Shown: in pieces, positions 49,826 to 61,100 of the stretch
Layout: each line of letters begins with the position of its first letter
Numbering within the stretch: the stretch's first letter is position 1
NCBI GenBank assembly: GCA_028287785.1
Contig: JAQBOZ010000007.1
Location: 271,393 to 335,392 of the forward strand
Reading direction: 5' to 3'
From: Chlorobiota bacterium
GTDB lineage: Bacteria > Bacteroidota > Ignavibacteria > OLB7
DNA length: 64,000 nucleotides
Position numbers and translations under genes: made by a program
The notes under the pieces: model-generated
Database searches by the model: none
What the model was told of the DNA's origin: nothing
What the model saw: the letters and a program-made list of their open reading frames with translations, nothing else

Positions 49826-49856
49826 TTGCTCGGTGGAGGTGAAAGACCTATGTTTG
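49826..49856 (+). promoter_or_regulatory. Bacteroidota-type promoter of tRNA-His
   Basis: TTG (49826) -20 bp- TATGTTTG (49849). Confidence 0.75.
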
Positions 49857-49877
49857 TAGCCCTGTTTCGGTACATAT

Positions 49878-49952
49878 GGCGGGTATAGCTCAGTTGGTTA
49901 GAGCGCCTGATTGTGGCTCAGGAGGTCGTGGGTTCAAGTCCCATTACTCGCC
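49878..49952 (+). tRNA. tRNA-His(GTG)
   Basis: Encoded G-1, GCGGGTA/TACTCGC acceptor, C discriminator, CCTGA-TTGTGGC-TCAGG anticodon arm, GGTTCAAGTCC. Confidence 0.95.
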
Positions 49953-49963
49953 CGAACGAATCT

Positions 49964-50004
49964 GAAGCGCATCCCGATGAATGGTCGGTGATGCGCTTTT
50001 TTTT
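49964..50004 (+). terminator. Terminator of tRNA-His
   Basis: AAGCGCATC...GATGCGCTT followed by a T run. Confidence 0.85.
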
Positions 50005-50196
50005 GTGAGATGCCGACCCGGTTCAATCACCGCGTCTCCGCTTTGGCCGGCATGCGGCCGGGCCACCCGGCCACAGCTCCATCGCTCGTTTCCCTCAGCT
50101 TCCGTTTCCCGTCAGAGTCGGCTACGGATGGCCGCCAGGCCGCTGATCGAGGCCCTTCCAGGGCATTTTGCTCCATAACTCTCAAGGCCCCTTCTC

Positions 50197-51651
50197 ATGG
50201 TTCGTGTTCGCTTTGCTCCGTCGCCCACAGGCATGCTCCACGTTGGCAGCCTCCGTTCCGGCCTCTACAACTACCTCTTCGCGCGCCATCTCGGCGGCAC
50301 CTGCATCCTCCGCATCGAGGATACGGATCAGACGCGGTACGTGGAAGGGGCGGAACAGAACATCTTCGAGATGTTCCGGTGGACCGGCATCGAGTTCGAT
50401 GAGGGGCCGCACGTGGGAGGGCCGCACGGGCCGTACCGTCAGTCCGAGCGCACCGATATCTACAGGGTCCACGCGCAGATGCTGCTGGATCGCGGCACCG
50501 CCTATTACGCGTTCGATACCGCCGAGGAGCTGGACCGGATGCGCGAGCGACAGAAGGCGGCCGGCGTCGCCCCGAAGTATGACCGCACCTCGATGCGGAA
50601 CCAGTTCACGCTCGGCGAGGAGGAGACGCGACGCCTTATCGATTCGGGGACGCCCTGGACCATCCGGCTCTTTGTGCCGCTGACCGGCGAGACCCGTACC
50701 AGCGACCTTGTCCGCGGCGAGAGCGTCTTCCCGAACAAGACCATCGATGACCAGATCCTCCTGAAATCCGATGGCTACCCGACCTATCATCTCGCCAACA
50801 TCGTGGATGATCATCTGATGGAGATCACCCATGTGATCCGGGGGGAAGAGTGGCTTCCATCGCTTCCCAAGCATGTTATCCTCTACGATGCGTTCGGCTG
50901 GGAGAAGCCGCAGTTCGCCCATCTCCCGCTCCTGCTGGGGCCAACCCGCAAGAAGCTCTCGAAGCGTGATGGCGATGTCTCCGTGGCGGAATATCTCCAG
51001 AAGGGCTATCTCCCGGAGGCGCTCGTCAACTTCGTGGCGCTGCTTGGGTGGAACCCGACCGCGGATCGCGAGATCTTCACGGTGGAGGAGATGATCGCGA
51101 TGTTCGAGCTGGAGAAGGTGAACAAGGCGGGGGCGATCTTCGATCTTGAAAAGCTCAACTGGATGAACGGCATGTACCTCCGCCAGATGCCGATCGAGCG
51201 CCTGGCCGGCGATGTGCTGCCGATACTCGCCAGAGCGGGATTCGGGAATGTGGAGATGATCTATGCCGAGGCGGTGGTCGATCTGATCAAGGAGAGGATC
51301 ACCACGCTGAACGATATCCCGACCTTCGCCGACTACATGTTCGGGCCGATCCGGTGCATCGATTTCGCCTACGCGCAGAAGCACTGGAAGGCCGGGACAC
51401 AGGAGCAGGTCGCGGAGATGGCGGGCCGGTTTGCCAGGCTGAACCCCGCCGAGTGGACCGTGTCGATGATCGAGGGGGTGGTGCGCGGCTACGCCGAGGA
51501 GCTTGGCCTCTCCGCCGGAAAGCTGATCCATCCTCTCCGCCTGGCGATCACCGGCAGGCAGGTGGGCGCCGGGATGTTCGAGACGATGGTGGTGCTGGGA
51601 CAGGGGACATCGATCACGCGGCTGCGGGAGTTTACCGGGCCGGCGGTATAG
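50197..51651 (+). CDS. gltX: Glutamate--tRNA ligase
   Basis: RFAPSPTG..HVGS, LRIEDTD, YRQSER, PTYHLA..VDD, RGEEW, KLSKR. Confidence 0.97.
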   Translation: MVRVRFAPSPTGMLHVGSLRSGLYNYLFARHLGGTCILRIEDTDQTRYVEGAEQNIFEMFRWTGIEFDEGPHVGGPHGPYRQSERTDIYRVHAQMLLDRGTAYYAFDTAEELDRMRERQKAAGVAPKYDRTSMRNQFTLGEEETRRLIDSGTPWTIRLFVPLTGETRTSDLVRGESVFPNKTIDDQILLKSDGYPTYHLANIVDDHLMEITHVIRGEEWLPSLPKHVILYDAFGWEKPQFAHLPLLLGPTRKKLSKRDGDVSVAEYLQKGYLPEALVNFVALLGWNPTADREIFTVEEMIAMFELEKVNKAGAIFDLEKLNWMNGMYLRQMPIERLAGDVLPILARAGFGNVEMIYAEAVVDLIKERITTLNDIPTFADYMFGPIRCIDFAYAQKHWKAGTQEQVAEMAGRFARLNPAEWTVSMIEGVVRGYAEELGLSAGKLIHPLRLAITGRQVGAGMFETMVVLGQGTSITRLREFTGPAV

Positions 51652-51786
51652 CAGACTGTTGAAGGACGACATCTGCGGCGTTGGCCTTCACCGTTCGCTC
51701 ACTGCGGCGTCCGTGAGCTCAGGTTCGGCCGCCTTGCATCTGATCGCCTTGAAGGGTCTGAGCGCTGAAAGCACTTCAACAGTCTG
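51652..51786 (+). mobile_element. MITE family B copy (135 bp), directly after the gltX stop
   Basis: TIRs CAGACTGTTGAAG / CTTCAACAGTCTG; second copy at 43265-43407. Confidence 0.8.
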
Positions 51787-51860
51787 ATACGGCGGCGACC
51801 GCCCATGCGAGCGCCGCCGCTTGTGAAGACTGGATTTTTGACTACGGACCAACTCCTCCG

Positions 51861-52766
51861 ATGCAAACCACATTCAATACGAAGCTCGTCGGCGTGCTCT
51901 GTCACCCCGTCGGCGAGAACCTGATCCATCAGATGATCTCCACCGCCTGCGAGATCGCCGGGGCCGACGTATCCTGCCTCCTCTTCGACGCGCAGGTGCG
52001 GGAGCTTGCCACCCCGGTCGCCGCGCTTCGCGCGCTCGGCGCCAGCGGCGTCTACCTGGACACCCGTCTTCGTGGCGCCGCCGCGGGGCTGGTGGACTAT
52101 CTTTCCGACGAGGCCCACGGCGCCGGCGTGATCAACACGATGGTCTTCGACGGCGACCAGGCGACGGGTCACAACACGGAGGCCAGGGCGATCGTAAAGG
52201 TGCTGGAGCCGTACAAGGATATCTTCGGCAACGGCAGCGCGGTGATCCTCGGCGGCGGCGCCATGGCCCGCTCGGCCGCCTACGCGGTGGTCCGCCATTT
52301 CCGCCTGAAGCATGTCGCCATCGCCAACCGCACGCCGCAGCAGGCGCAGATCCTGAAGCAACTGCTCAGCGGCACCAAGACCACATCGGTGATCGAGGCA
52401 TACGAGCTGTTCCCTCCGGATCTGGCGCAGACCCTGGCGGAGTCGCGGCTGATTATCAACGCCACCCCGCTCGGCTCCTATCCGAATGTGGAGGAGACGC
52501 CGATCACGATCCCCGAGATCTTCCACGATCGCCAGATTGTCCTGGACACCAACTTCAGCCCCGCATTCACCCGGATGCTCACCGATGCCGCCGGCGGCGG
52601 CGCCACGACGATCAGCGGCGTGGAGGTGCTGATCGAGCAGGTCCGCGAGGCCTACGAGCTGCTGACCCGGTCGACCTTCCCGCTCGAACAGATCAGGGAT
52701 CTGCTGGTGACGAACGCCGGGGAAAACGGCGCCGCGGAGAGCGCCGGCGATGAAACCGCCGGGTGA
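51861..52766 (+). CDS. Shikimate dehydrogenase-like protein with a degenerate substrate site
   Basis: GVINT, GHNTE, LGGGAMA, ANRT, INATPLG, G..VLIEQ; the SxSP and TxPxK motifs are missing. Confidence 0.8.
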   Translation: MQTTFNTKLVGVLCHPVGENLIHQMISTACEIAGADVSCLLFDAQVRELATPVAALRALGASGVYLDTRLRGAAAGLVDYLSDEAHGAGVINTMVFDGDQATGHNTEARAIVKVLEPYKDIFGNGSAVILGGGAMARSAAYAVVRHFRLKHVAIANRTPQQAQILKQLLSGTKTTSVIEAYELFPPDLAQTLAESRLIINATPLGSYPNVEETPITIPEIFHDRQIVLDTNFSPAFTRMLTDAAGGGATTISGVEVLIEQVREAYELLTRSTFPLEQIRDLLVTNAGENGAAESAGDETAG

Positions 52767-52828
52767 TGACATGATGAAGCCGGAGCGCATCCCTTGCGGC
52801 GCGCCCCGGCTTCGCCTGGAACTGATCG

Positions 52829-54011
52829 CTATTTGAAGAGCGGCAGCACCTCGTCATTCAGCGTGGTTTCAAGGTTCTGCACCGCGGTCATCGCCCCCGC
52901 AATCGACGCCTTGCTCCCGCCGTGGGTTTCCATCACCGCCTCGCCGAACGATGGCTGGATAGCCATCACCCGCCGCACCGATTCATCAAGCTGCGCGGAC
53001 CTTTGCATCCAGACCGGGATTTTGCTTCACCACCAGACTGCTGATGCCCAGGCCGACGACCGGCATGTTCCGCTCGCGATATTCACCCGTGTACCATGCC
53101 CTGAGCCCCTCCAGGTTTGCGAGGAAATCCGCCTTCGTCGTGCCGCTGAACCGCGACTCCTCGAAGGCCTTGTCCGAGCTGTGATAGGGGATGCCCATCT
53201 TCGAATTGGCAACTTCGTAGGTGAGCGTGATCGCGTTGCTGGTGACATCCTTCAATGCGGACAGCGCTGACAGATAGGGGCTTCCAGGCTGGCCGGCATG
53301 ACAGAGCTGCCATGCAAATGCCGTGCTGTCGCCGGCCATCGTTCCCTGCCATGCGGTCCTGAGCCTGGCCGTGCTGCCGTGCAGCATTGCCGATGCAGCA
53401 ATCAGATAATCGTATTCACTGCCGGTGATCTGCTCGACCTTCTTCTGTCCGTCCAATCCCCACAGCAGATACTCGATCGCATGAAATCCCCTGGCCGTTC
53501 CCTCCTCCTGGGCGAGCGTTGCCATATCGATCCCATCGTTGTCCTGGAGGATGCTCTCGATCGTGTTGAGGTCCGCCGGCCAGCTATCGATGTCGGGATC
53601 GGTACCCTGGTTCTTGGCGGGCCCCACCAACCCCATCTCGAAGAACTCCCACGGCCTTCGCGCCAGCTTCCATGCCTCCCTGGCCGCCTCCAGGCTGCTC
53701 GCCGTTCTCGCCGACTTCAGGTCGGAGATCCTGTCGGCAAGCGCGCCGGCGTATGTGTCGAGATCGACCGTGGCGGAAACGTAGACGTTCTCCGAGAGCT
53801 GGCAGAGAACATCCCGCATGGCATTATCGCTCACCGTCCGCACCGAATCAACGCGATGGAGCGAATCGGCGCGATGGAGTGAATCGGCACGGCGGAGCGA
53901 ATCGGCAAGGAGCGCGGCCTTGTCGACCCCGGTTGGATTGCTGCAACCAGCCGAGGCGATCGCCATGAGCGCGATCGTCAGCATGAACTGTATGATGAGG
54001 GAGATTTTCAT
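52829..54011 (-). pseudogene. Imelysin (EfeO/IrpA-like) lipoprotein interrupted by a frameshift near 52994
   Basis: Lipobox SAGC, AREAWKLARRPWE, IDSWP, RGFHAIEYLLW, EVANSKMG.P, ESRFS; the C-terminus QLDESVRR...EVLPLFK* continues in another frame. Confidence 0.8.
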
Positions 54012-54169
54012 GTGCCAGCCCGGTAGATGAAATTGTGTGACGGGAATTGCGTTGAGCATTGGAAGATACTGGGAAAGACCCCGGCGCATACAAAAAGTGT
54101 CGCCCCCCTGGCTCCCCCGATCCGATTATCTCCTTCCCATATCGCCGACGCTCCGGTAACTTCATCGGC

Positions 54170-54916
54170 ATGAACAACCTTACTCCCGGCGAACCTGAAC
54201 CAACCCGCGGCATCGTGGTGATCATCTCCGCGAACGCCGAATGGAATGTGATGCGCGCCATCCACCCGGCGGCGGAGATGCGGCGGACGCCGTTCGGCGA
54301 ATGGTTTGTTCGTGAGATGGAGATCGGCGAGGAACGGCGGCCGGTGACGTTCGTTCACGGCGGCTGGGGGAAGATCGCGGCGGCGGCATCGGCGCAGCAT
54401 GCGATAGACAGGTTCCGGCCGGAACTGCTGGTGAATATCGGAACGTGCGGCGGCTTCGCCGGATTGATCGAGCGGGGAACGGTGGTGGTGGCGGAGCGGA
54501 CCGTGGTGTACGATATCATCGAGATGATGGGAGATCAGGAGGAGGCGACGGCCCATTACATGACGGAGATCGACCTCTCCTGGCTCGGCGAATCCCTCCC
54601 GACCGAGGCGCTGCGTACCCTCCTCGTCTCCGCCGATCGCGATCTGATGATGAACGAGCTTCCCGATCTCCGCGCCCGCTACAACGCCGTCGCCGGCGAC
54701 TGGGAATCGGGGGCGATAGCATGGGTCGCGGCCCGCAACGGCGTCCGGCCGCTGATCCTCCGAAGCGTCTCCGATCTGGTCGGCGATGGCGGAGGTGACG
54801 CCTACGGCCGCATCGACGTCTTTCATGAGAGCACCAGGGAGGTGATGGCCCATCTGCTTGCGATCCTTCCACGGTGGATCGCGGCGGCCATGCGCTCCCG
54901 CGTCACAACCCGCTGA
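54170..54916 (+). CDS. 5'-methylthioadenosine/S-adenosylhomocysteine nucleosidase (PNP_UDP_1 family)
   Basis: GWGKIAAA, NIGTCGG, SADRD, DWESGAIA, RSVSD; start MNNLTPG at 54170. Confidence 0.85.
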   Translation: MNNLTPGEPEPTRGIVVIISANAEWNVMRAIHPAAEMRRTPFGEWFVREMEIGEERRPVTFVHGGWGKIAAAASAQHAIDRFRPELLVNIGTCGGFAGLIERGTVVVAERTVVYDIIEMMGDQEEATAHYMTEIDLSWLGESLPTEALRTLLVSADRDLMMNELPDLRARYNAVAGDWESGAIAWVAARNGVRPLILRSVSDLVGDGGGDAYGRIDVFHESTREVMAHLLAILPRWIAAAMRSRVTTR

Positions 54917-54987
54917 CCGGGCGGCCGGCAATCGGCTGGAACGAGTGCCGGGATCATCCCGGAAACGCGATCATATCCTGAAAGCCC

Positions 54988-57948
54988 ATGCACGTTGTTC
55001 GCTACCTGGCCCTCCTCTGGCTCCTCCCCATCGCGGCCCTGGCCCAGGGCTCGAACATGGTTTCCAATCCCGGCTTTATCGGCACCTATGGAACCGGCAT
55101 CGGCCCCGATAATATCCCCCCGTGGCTCCCCGCCTGCGGCACCCCTGACGCGCGCGCCGGCAACGGCTGTTCCGATACCGGCTATATCGCGATGTGGGGG
55201 AACAAGTTCGTCGGGGAGGCGATCAAGGAAAAGCTGTTCATCCGCATCAGGAAGGACAGCCTCTACACCTGCTCCCTCTGCATGCGCGCCAGCCCCGATG
55301 TCGGCAGGTACTTCCGCGCCCGCGTCGTGGCGTTCAGCACCACTCCCCGGTTCGACAATTTCCACTGGGATATTCAGGAGCCGCAGGTTGCCCTGATCGG
55401 ATCGGCCGGCACCGCCAGCCTGAACTGGCGCACCCTCACATTTCCACCGTGGAAGGCGCCGGCTGACTACGACAGCATCGCGATCAACGTCGAGAACGAT
55501 TCCGCCGACTACACCAACCCGGCCACCGTATCGTGGGGGAATATCGACGGGGTGAATCTGGAGAAGGTGTCGAAGTGCATCCTGTCGGTGGACTCGTTCA
55601 CCGTCCGCTGCAACGGCTTCGATCAGCAGGGACACCGGCTCTACCTCTACTCGGTAAACGCGAGAAGCGATATCGATGGCTTTATCGTCGCATCCACGCC
55701 GAACGGACAGGCGACCATCTCCCAGAACACGATCCCCGCGGCCACGGAGGTGAACATCACCGGCACGATCACCGGCACCAGCGGGACAAATGATCCGCTC
55801 TGCCTCTACGTTTCCCTTATCACCGGAAACGGCCTCCTCTGCCGCGATTCCATCTGCATCCCCTCGCCACTGCCGGCGCCCCTCAACAGCCGCGACACGA
55901 TCTGCACCGGCGGAGCCATCACGCTCGATGCGCCCGACGGGATCGCCTGGCGCTGGAGGCCGGCCACGGGACTGAGCTGCGCGGACTGCCAGCACCCGAC
56001 GGCATCGCCCGATGTCTCGACCAGGTATCTGGTGGAAACCACCGGCCGGCAGGGATGCGTCTCGGTCGATACCGCCGATCTCCAGGTGGCCCCGCTGCCG
56101 GTCATCACCGCCGGAACCAAGGTGACGATATGCCTGGGAGGAAGCACGGAGTTGTTGGTATCCGGCGGGGCAGCCTATCGCTGGAGCCCGGCGACGGGAT
56201 TGAGCTGCACGACGTGCCCCAACCCCATCGCCTCACCGACCGAGCCGACGGTGTACACGGTAACGGTGACAAGCGCCGCCGGCTGCTCCGCGAACGCCTC
56301 GATAACCGTGTTGATCGATTCCGCGACGGCGATGATCCGATCGATTTCGAGGGATACCACCATCTGCGCCGGAGAGGGCGCGCACCTCATCGCGAGCGGC
56401 GCCGATCGCTATCAGTGGTCCCCCGCCACCGGGTTGGGCTGCGTCGACTGCGCCGATCCGATCGCGTCGCCGGCCGTCACGACCCGATATACCTGCACGT
56501 TCATCAGCGTCGCCGGCTGCTCCGCGCGGGATTCCGTGCTGGTGACCGTGGCGCCACCGCCGGCCGCGGACGCCGGGGCCGATACAACCATCTGCGCCGG
56601 AGGAGAAGCGGCGCTGAGCGGGTCCGGCGGCACCGGATACAACTGGTCCCCCGCCGATGCAATCAGTTGCACCGACTGTAGAAATCCGGTGGCCCGCCCC
56701 CTGATCACAACCACCTATACACTCCGCGTGACAAACGCGGCAGGCTGCTCCGCGACCGACTCCGTTACCGTGCATGTCCTCCCCCTCCCCTCCGCCGACG
56801 CCGGCCCCGATGTCGCGGCCTGCCCCGGAGAGAGCATCACCCTCTCGGCATCGGGCGGAACAACGTATGCCTGGTCCCCCGCCGAAGGGCTCAGCTGCGC
56901 CGACTGTCAAAGCCCGGTCGCCACGCCGTTGCGGACGACGGTCTATCATCTGACGGCAATCAACGCCGCCGGCTGTGCCGCAACCGACAGTGTTACGGTA
57001 AACCTCCGCGCGGCTCCGACGGTGACCGCTTCCGGCGATACCGATATCTGCCCGGCCCGCCCGGCCCGGCTCCATGCGTCGGGCGCGTCGGTCTACCGCT
57101 GGAGACCGGCCACCGCCCTTTCCTGTACGGACTGCCCCGATCCCGTGGCAACGCCGCTGGTCACCACCACCTATGTGGTTTCGGGGACCGACGCTCATGG
57201 CTGCACCGGGGAGGACACGGTGATCATCCGCGTCGGCGATGGAACGCGAACCATCACGGCGCATATCGATCGCGACCACCACCTTCTGCCGGGAAGCATC
57301 ATCGCGATTCCCATCATCCTGGATTCCGCGGCGGACGGCGCGGCAACGCTGGAGATCGCGCTGGGTTACGAACGACGCTTCCTCCGCCTCAAACGGATTT
57401 CGACCGATGGAACGCTCCTCGACGGATGGGCCATCACCACCCTGACCGATTCGCTCGGCGCCGTCCGCGTCAGGCTGGATGCCCCACCGGGACGCACGCT
57501 GCGGGGACGGGGAACGCTGGCGACGATCGATCTGGCGGGCTATCTGGCCGATACGGTGGAATCGGAACTGCCGTTCAGCATCACCCTCCCGGCCGGCTCG
57601 TGCGATCGCATCACCGCGCTGCCGGGGCATATCAGGATCGATTCGATCTGCGGGCTGAACCTCCGGCTGATCCGTGTGACCGTCGGCAACTACTCCCTCG
57701 CGGGAAATCGCCCCAACCCCTTCAACCCATCCACCGAGATATCCTTCTCGCTCGGCCTTGACGGGCCCACAACGCTGGCGATCTACGACGCCGCCGGCAA
57801 TGCCATCACCACCCTCATCGACACCTGGCTCCGGCCCGGAAGCTACACCGTCGCGTGGGATGCCTCCGGGCAGCCCTCCGGCATCTACTACTACAGGATG
57901 ACCTCCGGCGCCTGGAGCGGCCAGGGAAGGATGCTGCTTGTGAAATAA
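54988..57948 (+). CDS. Large secreted protein: 6 Cys-rich Ig-like repeats, cohesin-like domain, T9SS-like CTD
   Basis: Six W(S/R)PAxxLSCxxCxxPxAxP repeats of about 76 aa; NRPNPFNPST..SGIYYYRM CTD. Confidence 0.85.
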   Translation: MHVVRYLALLWLLPIAALAQGSNMVSNPGFIGTYGTGIGPDNIPPWLPACGTPDARAGNGCSDTGYIAMWGNKFVGEAIKEKLFIRIRKDSLYTCSLCMRASPDVGRYFRARVVAFSTTPRFDNFHWDIQEPQVALIGSAGTASLNWRTLTFPPWKAPADYDSIAINVENDSADYTNPATVSWGNIDGVNLEKVSKCILSVDSFTVRCNGFDQQGHRLYLYSVNARSDIDGFIVASTPNGQATISQNTIPAATEVNITGTITGTSGTNDPLCLYVSLITGNGLLCRDSICIPSPLPAPLNSRDTICTGGAITLDAPDGIAWRWRPATGLSCADCQHPTASPDVSTRYLVETTGRQGCVSVDTADLQVAPLPVITAGTKVTICLGGSTELLVSGGAAYRWSPATGLSCTTCPNPIASPTEPTVYTVTVTSAAGCSANASITVLIDSATAMIRSISRDTTICAGEGAHLIASGADRYQWSPATGLGCVDCADPIASPAVTTRYTCTFISVAGCSARDSVLVTVAPPPAADAGADTTICAGGEAALSGSGGTGYNWSPADAISCTDCRNPVARPLITTTYTLRVTNAAGCSATDSVTVHVLPLPSADAGPDVAACPGESITLSASGGTTYAWSPAEGLSCADCQSPVATPLRTTVYHLTAINAAGCAATDSVTVNLRAAPTVTASGDTDICPARPARLHASGASVYRWRPATALSCTDCPDPVATPLVTTTYVVSGTDAHGCTGEDTVIIRVGDGTRTITAHIDRDHHLLPGSIIAIPIILDSAADGAATLEIALGYERRFLRLKRISTDGTLLDGWAITTLTDSLGAVRVRLDAPPGRTLRGRGTLATIDLAGYLADTVESELPFSITLPAGSCDRITALPGHIRIDSICGLNLRLIRVTVGNYSLAGNRPNPFNPSTEISFSLGLDGPTTLAIYDAAGNAITTLIDTWLRPGSYTVAWDASGQPSGIYYYRMTSGAWSGQGRMLLVK

Positions 57949-58141
57949 TCTCTTCAGTCTCGTGATGAATTGCAGTGATCGTGTGTCCTGATCCCCATGG
58001 GCCGCGTTTCCCGCGCGTCCCACGGCGGACCGGCCCGTGCGCCGTAACGTTCCGCCCGTGGAATCATTCCTGGCTATGACCGGCGAACGCCATCGGTCAG
58101 GAACGGCTCCCCGCCGCGGCACTCTCAATTCATCCGAGGCA

Positions 58142-61100
58142 ATGCTCATGAGGCTGATTTCATCTGATCCGGCAGGCGGCGGGAAGAACCTGCTTCCGCT
58201 CACCATCGCGCTCATCATCGCCATCATTGCGCTGGTTCCGGGCGTTCTCCGCGCGCAGGGGGGGACATCATCGGACGCTCCGCCGAGCGGGGAAACCGTG
58301 GAACGCGCGCTCTCCTCGCTGCCGGTCGTCTTCCGCAGGAACGCGGGGCAGTGGGAAGATCCGATTCTCTACCAGGGACGCTCCGCGGGGGCCAATGTCT
58401 ACTTTATGCGGGACGGGCTCAGCTTCGGCTATACGCGTGAGATAGAGGGAGAGGACGAGGAGGGAGAGGGTGATGAGGGGAGCCACGGCGATGAGTCGGA
58501 TGCATCGGAATTCCTGGTCTGGAACCTCACGTTCGCCGGGATGAATCCCAATGCGCGCGTCGTCTCCGAAGGGGAACACGAGGGGAACACGAACTATCTC
58601 CGCGGCGAGGATTTCAGCAGACACCTGACCCATGTGCCGGAGTATTCGCGCCTCTGGTACAGGGATATCTACCCCCATATCGATCTCCGCTACTACGGCA
58701 CCGGAGCGGCGTTGAAGTACGATTATATCGTGGCGCCGGAGGGGAATATCGCCGATATCAGGATGGCGTGCAGCGGCATCGAGAAGCTGGCGATCAACGC
58801 AAAGGGACAGCTCGAAATCACCAACGCCTGGGGAACCGTGGCCGAGGAAGTGCCCTTCACCTATCAGGTGATCAACGGCGCCAGACGCGAAGTGGCGTCG
58901 CGCTATCGGATGGTGAACGATACCACGTTCGGCTTTGCGATCACCGGCGGCTACGATCATGCGGAGCCGATCGTGATCGACCCGATCATGCTGGCGTGGT
59001 CCACCTTCGTCGGCGGGACGGGGGATGAACAGATGGGATATATCCGCGATATCGCCGTGGATAAGAAGGGGAATGTCTACGGCACCGGCTGGTATACCGC
59101 CGGGTTCCCGACAACGCCCGGCGTCTACGGCAAAGGCGCGTTCGGCCCCGACTACAATTTCTTCCACGACTACTACAACGATGTCTTCGTCTTCAAGCTG
59201 GACGCCACAGGGACAAAGCTGATCTACTCCACCTATATCGGCGGCTCATCGAACGAGCTGGGGCTCAGGCTCAGGGTGAACGATGCGGGAGAAGCGTTTG
59301 TTACCGGGCAGACCTTCACATCCGGGGGCGGGTTCGGGCGGAACAACTTTCCGATCACCGCCAACGCGCTGTCGAAAACGTATGGCGGCAACTTCGATCT
59401 CTTCGCCCTCCGCCTGAGCGCCGACGGGACAAAGCTGATCTACTCCACCTACATCGGCGGTGATGATTACGAGGACGTTGGGGGGATCGCGATCGATCAG
59501 CAGGGATCGCTCTATATCTGCGGCTCCACATCCAGCAGCAATTTTCCGACGACGGCCGGCGCCATCCGCCGCACCCCCTACGGCAACTCGGATATCTTCG
59601 TCTCCAAACTCGCCGACGATGGAAGCAGGATGATCTTCTCCACCTATATCGGTCAGAAGGGGAATGACAGCGCGTACGATATGGCGCTCGACCGCCAGGG
59701 AAATATCTACGTTTCAGGGTGGACAAGCTCCACCAATTTCCCCGTCACCGCCGGAGCCTACGCAACCCGCTACGGCGGCGCGGGGGCGGGAGTTGTGCTG
59801 AAGCTGGCCCCCGATGGGGGACGCATTATCTACGCAACCTTTATCCAGTCCGCCAACGACGACAAGAACGTGATCGCGGTTGACCGCGACGGGAGCGCCG
59901 TTGTTGCCGGGACCACCAACGACCGGAACTTCCCCACCACCGCGAAGGCGTATTCGCGAACGCTGAAGGGGGCCTCCGATGCGTTCGTGGTAAAACTGGA
60001 TAGCCTTGGGGCGACGGCGCGCTACTCCACGCTCCTTGGCGGAAGCGGCAATGAACAGCCCGAGGGAATCGCCCTTGCCGCCGGCGGAGAGGTCTTTATC
60101 TCCGGAAGATTGATCTTCCCGAACGCCCCCTCCACCCGGAATTTCAAGGCCGATTTCCCCGTGACCAGATGCGCGCTGGAACCGGATTACCGCTCGCAGA
60201 TGGATTTCAGTTTGCTGTGGGACGGCTTCGTCAGCCGCCTGAGCGCCGACGGGGCGCGGCTTGAATACTCCACCTATCTCGGCGGCAAGAACAATGATTA
60301 CTACGCCAGAGTCATATTCGATACGGTCGGCGGCAGGCAGGATCTCTATATCTCGATAACAACCCATTCCCCCGATTTCGTCACCACGCCGGGATCGTTT
60401 CAGCCGGTGAAGCTGAACACTGCCCGCGATCAGCCGGTGGTGATGAAGCTTAGTCCCATCTACCGTCCCGCGTTCACGCACCGGGCCGATAACTGCGGCG
60501 GGGATCGATTCTTCGATTCCACCATCGCCGACTGCATCTGGACCGACAGCACATGGACGCCGGGAAGCTGGCGATGGGATTTCGGCGATGGATCGACATC
60601 GACCGATCGCAACCCCATCCATTCCTACACGCGTCCCGGCGACTACGCGGTAACGCTGGTGACCGGAGCGCCGTACGACTCGATAACGACCGTCGTTCAT
60701 ATCGCCCCGGCGGGCTCCATCGCACCCGCCGCCGCCGCCCATATCGCGACCGACAACCGGGCGATGCCTGGGGATTCCGTGACGATTCCTGTGGTGCTCG
60801 ATACCCCCGCCGATACGCTCGGCTGCCGCCGGATAGCCTTCTCGATCCTCTATGACAGCAACATGATGAGCCTGGCAAATGCCACCCCCACCAGGCTCCC
60901 CTCGATGCTCAAGGGGACGCTTGTCGAGGGATGGACCCCGATGGTAACGGCCGATCGCCCCGGCTTCTTCTCCCTCACGCTGGATGCTCCGCTCTCGATT
61001 CAGCCGCTGAAGGGGAAGGGAAATATTCTCGAGCTGCGGTTTTCCACATTTATCAAGGGGGCGGGCGACGCGCAGACCGATTCGATCTGGCGATCGCCGC

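Noticed and set aside
55890..57240. Internal repeats as a diversity-generating retroelement target
   Set aside because: These are ordinary diverged protein-domain repeats; no reverse transcriptase and no adenine-specific TR/VR pair was seen
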